32,000 bases of DNA, from contig DASZRV010000071.1 of NCBI GenBank assembly GCA_035549095.1, positions 8,856 to 40,855 on the forward strand. Direction: 5' to 3'. Within the stretch, counting starts at the first letter, position 1; each line of letters opens with the position of its first letter. This stretch comes from Lacunisphaera sp. Lineage in GTDB: Bacteria; Verrucomicrobiota; Verrucomicrobiia; Opitutales; Opitutaceae. The notes below the pieces were generated by a model, which saw only the letters and a list, made by a program, of their open reading frames with translations, did no database searches and had not been told where the DNA came from. Both the position numbers and the translations under genes were made by a program. Of the stretch, positions 31,823-32,000 are shown piece after piece.

Positions 31823-32000
31823 ATGGGCAAAATCACGTTCACCCTCGACGGAAAGGAAATCACCGGCCAGCCGGGCCAGACGATCCTCAAGGCGGCGGAG
31901 TCCGCCGGCGTCTACGTGCCGCGCCTCTGCGCCTACAAGGACCTGATTCCGCGCGGCAGCTGTCGCGTCTGTTCGGTGCGCGTCAACGGCCGCATCCAGG
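31823..32000 (+). CDS. 2Fe-2S ferredoxin-type N-terminus of a NuoG/HydA/FdhA-like subunit (partial, runs off the window)
   Basis: Manual translation gives MGKITFTLDGKEITGQPGQTILKAAESAGVYVPRLCAYKDLIPRGSCRVCSVRVNGRIQ, with C-x10-C-x2-C as in NuoG/[FeFe]-hydrogenase N-termini. There is a GGAGG at 31811-31815 upstream. Confidence 0.7.
   Translation, partial: MGKITFTLDGKEITGQPGQTILKAAESAGVYVPRLCAYKDLIPRGSCRVCSVRVNGRIQ

Noticed and set aside
1-32000. A search by eye for tRNA, rRNA, tmRNA or riboswitch-like conserved cores in the intergenic gaps (2504-2668, 9542-9750, 17385-17658, 18310-18583, 19109-19361, 23955-24225, 29818-29998).
   Set aside because: No cloverleaf-compatible sequence (for example a GTTCGAATC-type T-arm) or recognisable riboswitch core was seen. 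The gaps are explained by REP-like hairpins, terminators and promoters. A covariance-model scan (tRNAscan-SE/Infernal) would be needed to be certain.

Overview
This is a GC-rich bacterial chromosomal window with strong third-position G/C bias. That bias produces many long antisense ORFs in the six-frame track, which I reject. Gene content and repeat style suggest a Verrucomicrobia/Opitutaceae-like genome, but that is inference only.

Features, left to right:
- The 5' end of a secreted esterase-like gene, a Dabb protein and a DUF4139-family protein.
- A sulfate assimilation and siroheme block: cbiX/sirB, cobA, cysI-cysH, cysD-cysN and an Rrf2 regulator.
- A single-domain PqiA-like gene.
- A REP-associated tyrosine transposase (RAYT) sitting inside its own array of 26-nt REP elements.
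- An esterase that is divergent from a four-gene amide-ligase/peptidase cluster: ATP-grasp, GCS2/YbdK, M29 aminopeptidase and a GspS-like protein.
- Two tandem outer-membrane beta-barrel paralogs, a secreted Bcp peroxiredoxin and an orphan protein of unknown function.
- The housekeeping rpmH-rnpA-yidD-yidC cluster and yebC.
- An ArsR regulator divergent from a tightly coupled operon: DUF2892, RND adaptor, RND pump, rhodanese, DUF2892.
- The start of a NuoE/NuoF-like plus 2Fe-2S (NuoG/hydrogenase-like) locus.

I recognised no rRNA, tRNA or CRISPR.

Most interesting:
1. The uncharacterised triple-ligase plus aminopeptidase cluster.
2. The split-YgaP (rhodanese/DUF2892) RND efflux operon and its AT-rich palindromic operator.
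3. The REPtron, together with several REP-like hairpin families that share a GTAG or GGAG head, some of which supply gene stop codons.

All functional calls come from motif recognition by eye. No database search was run.
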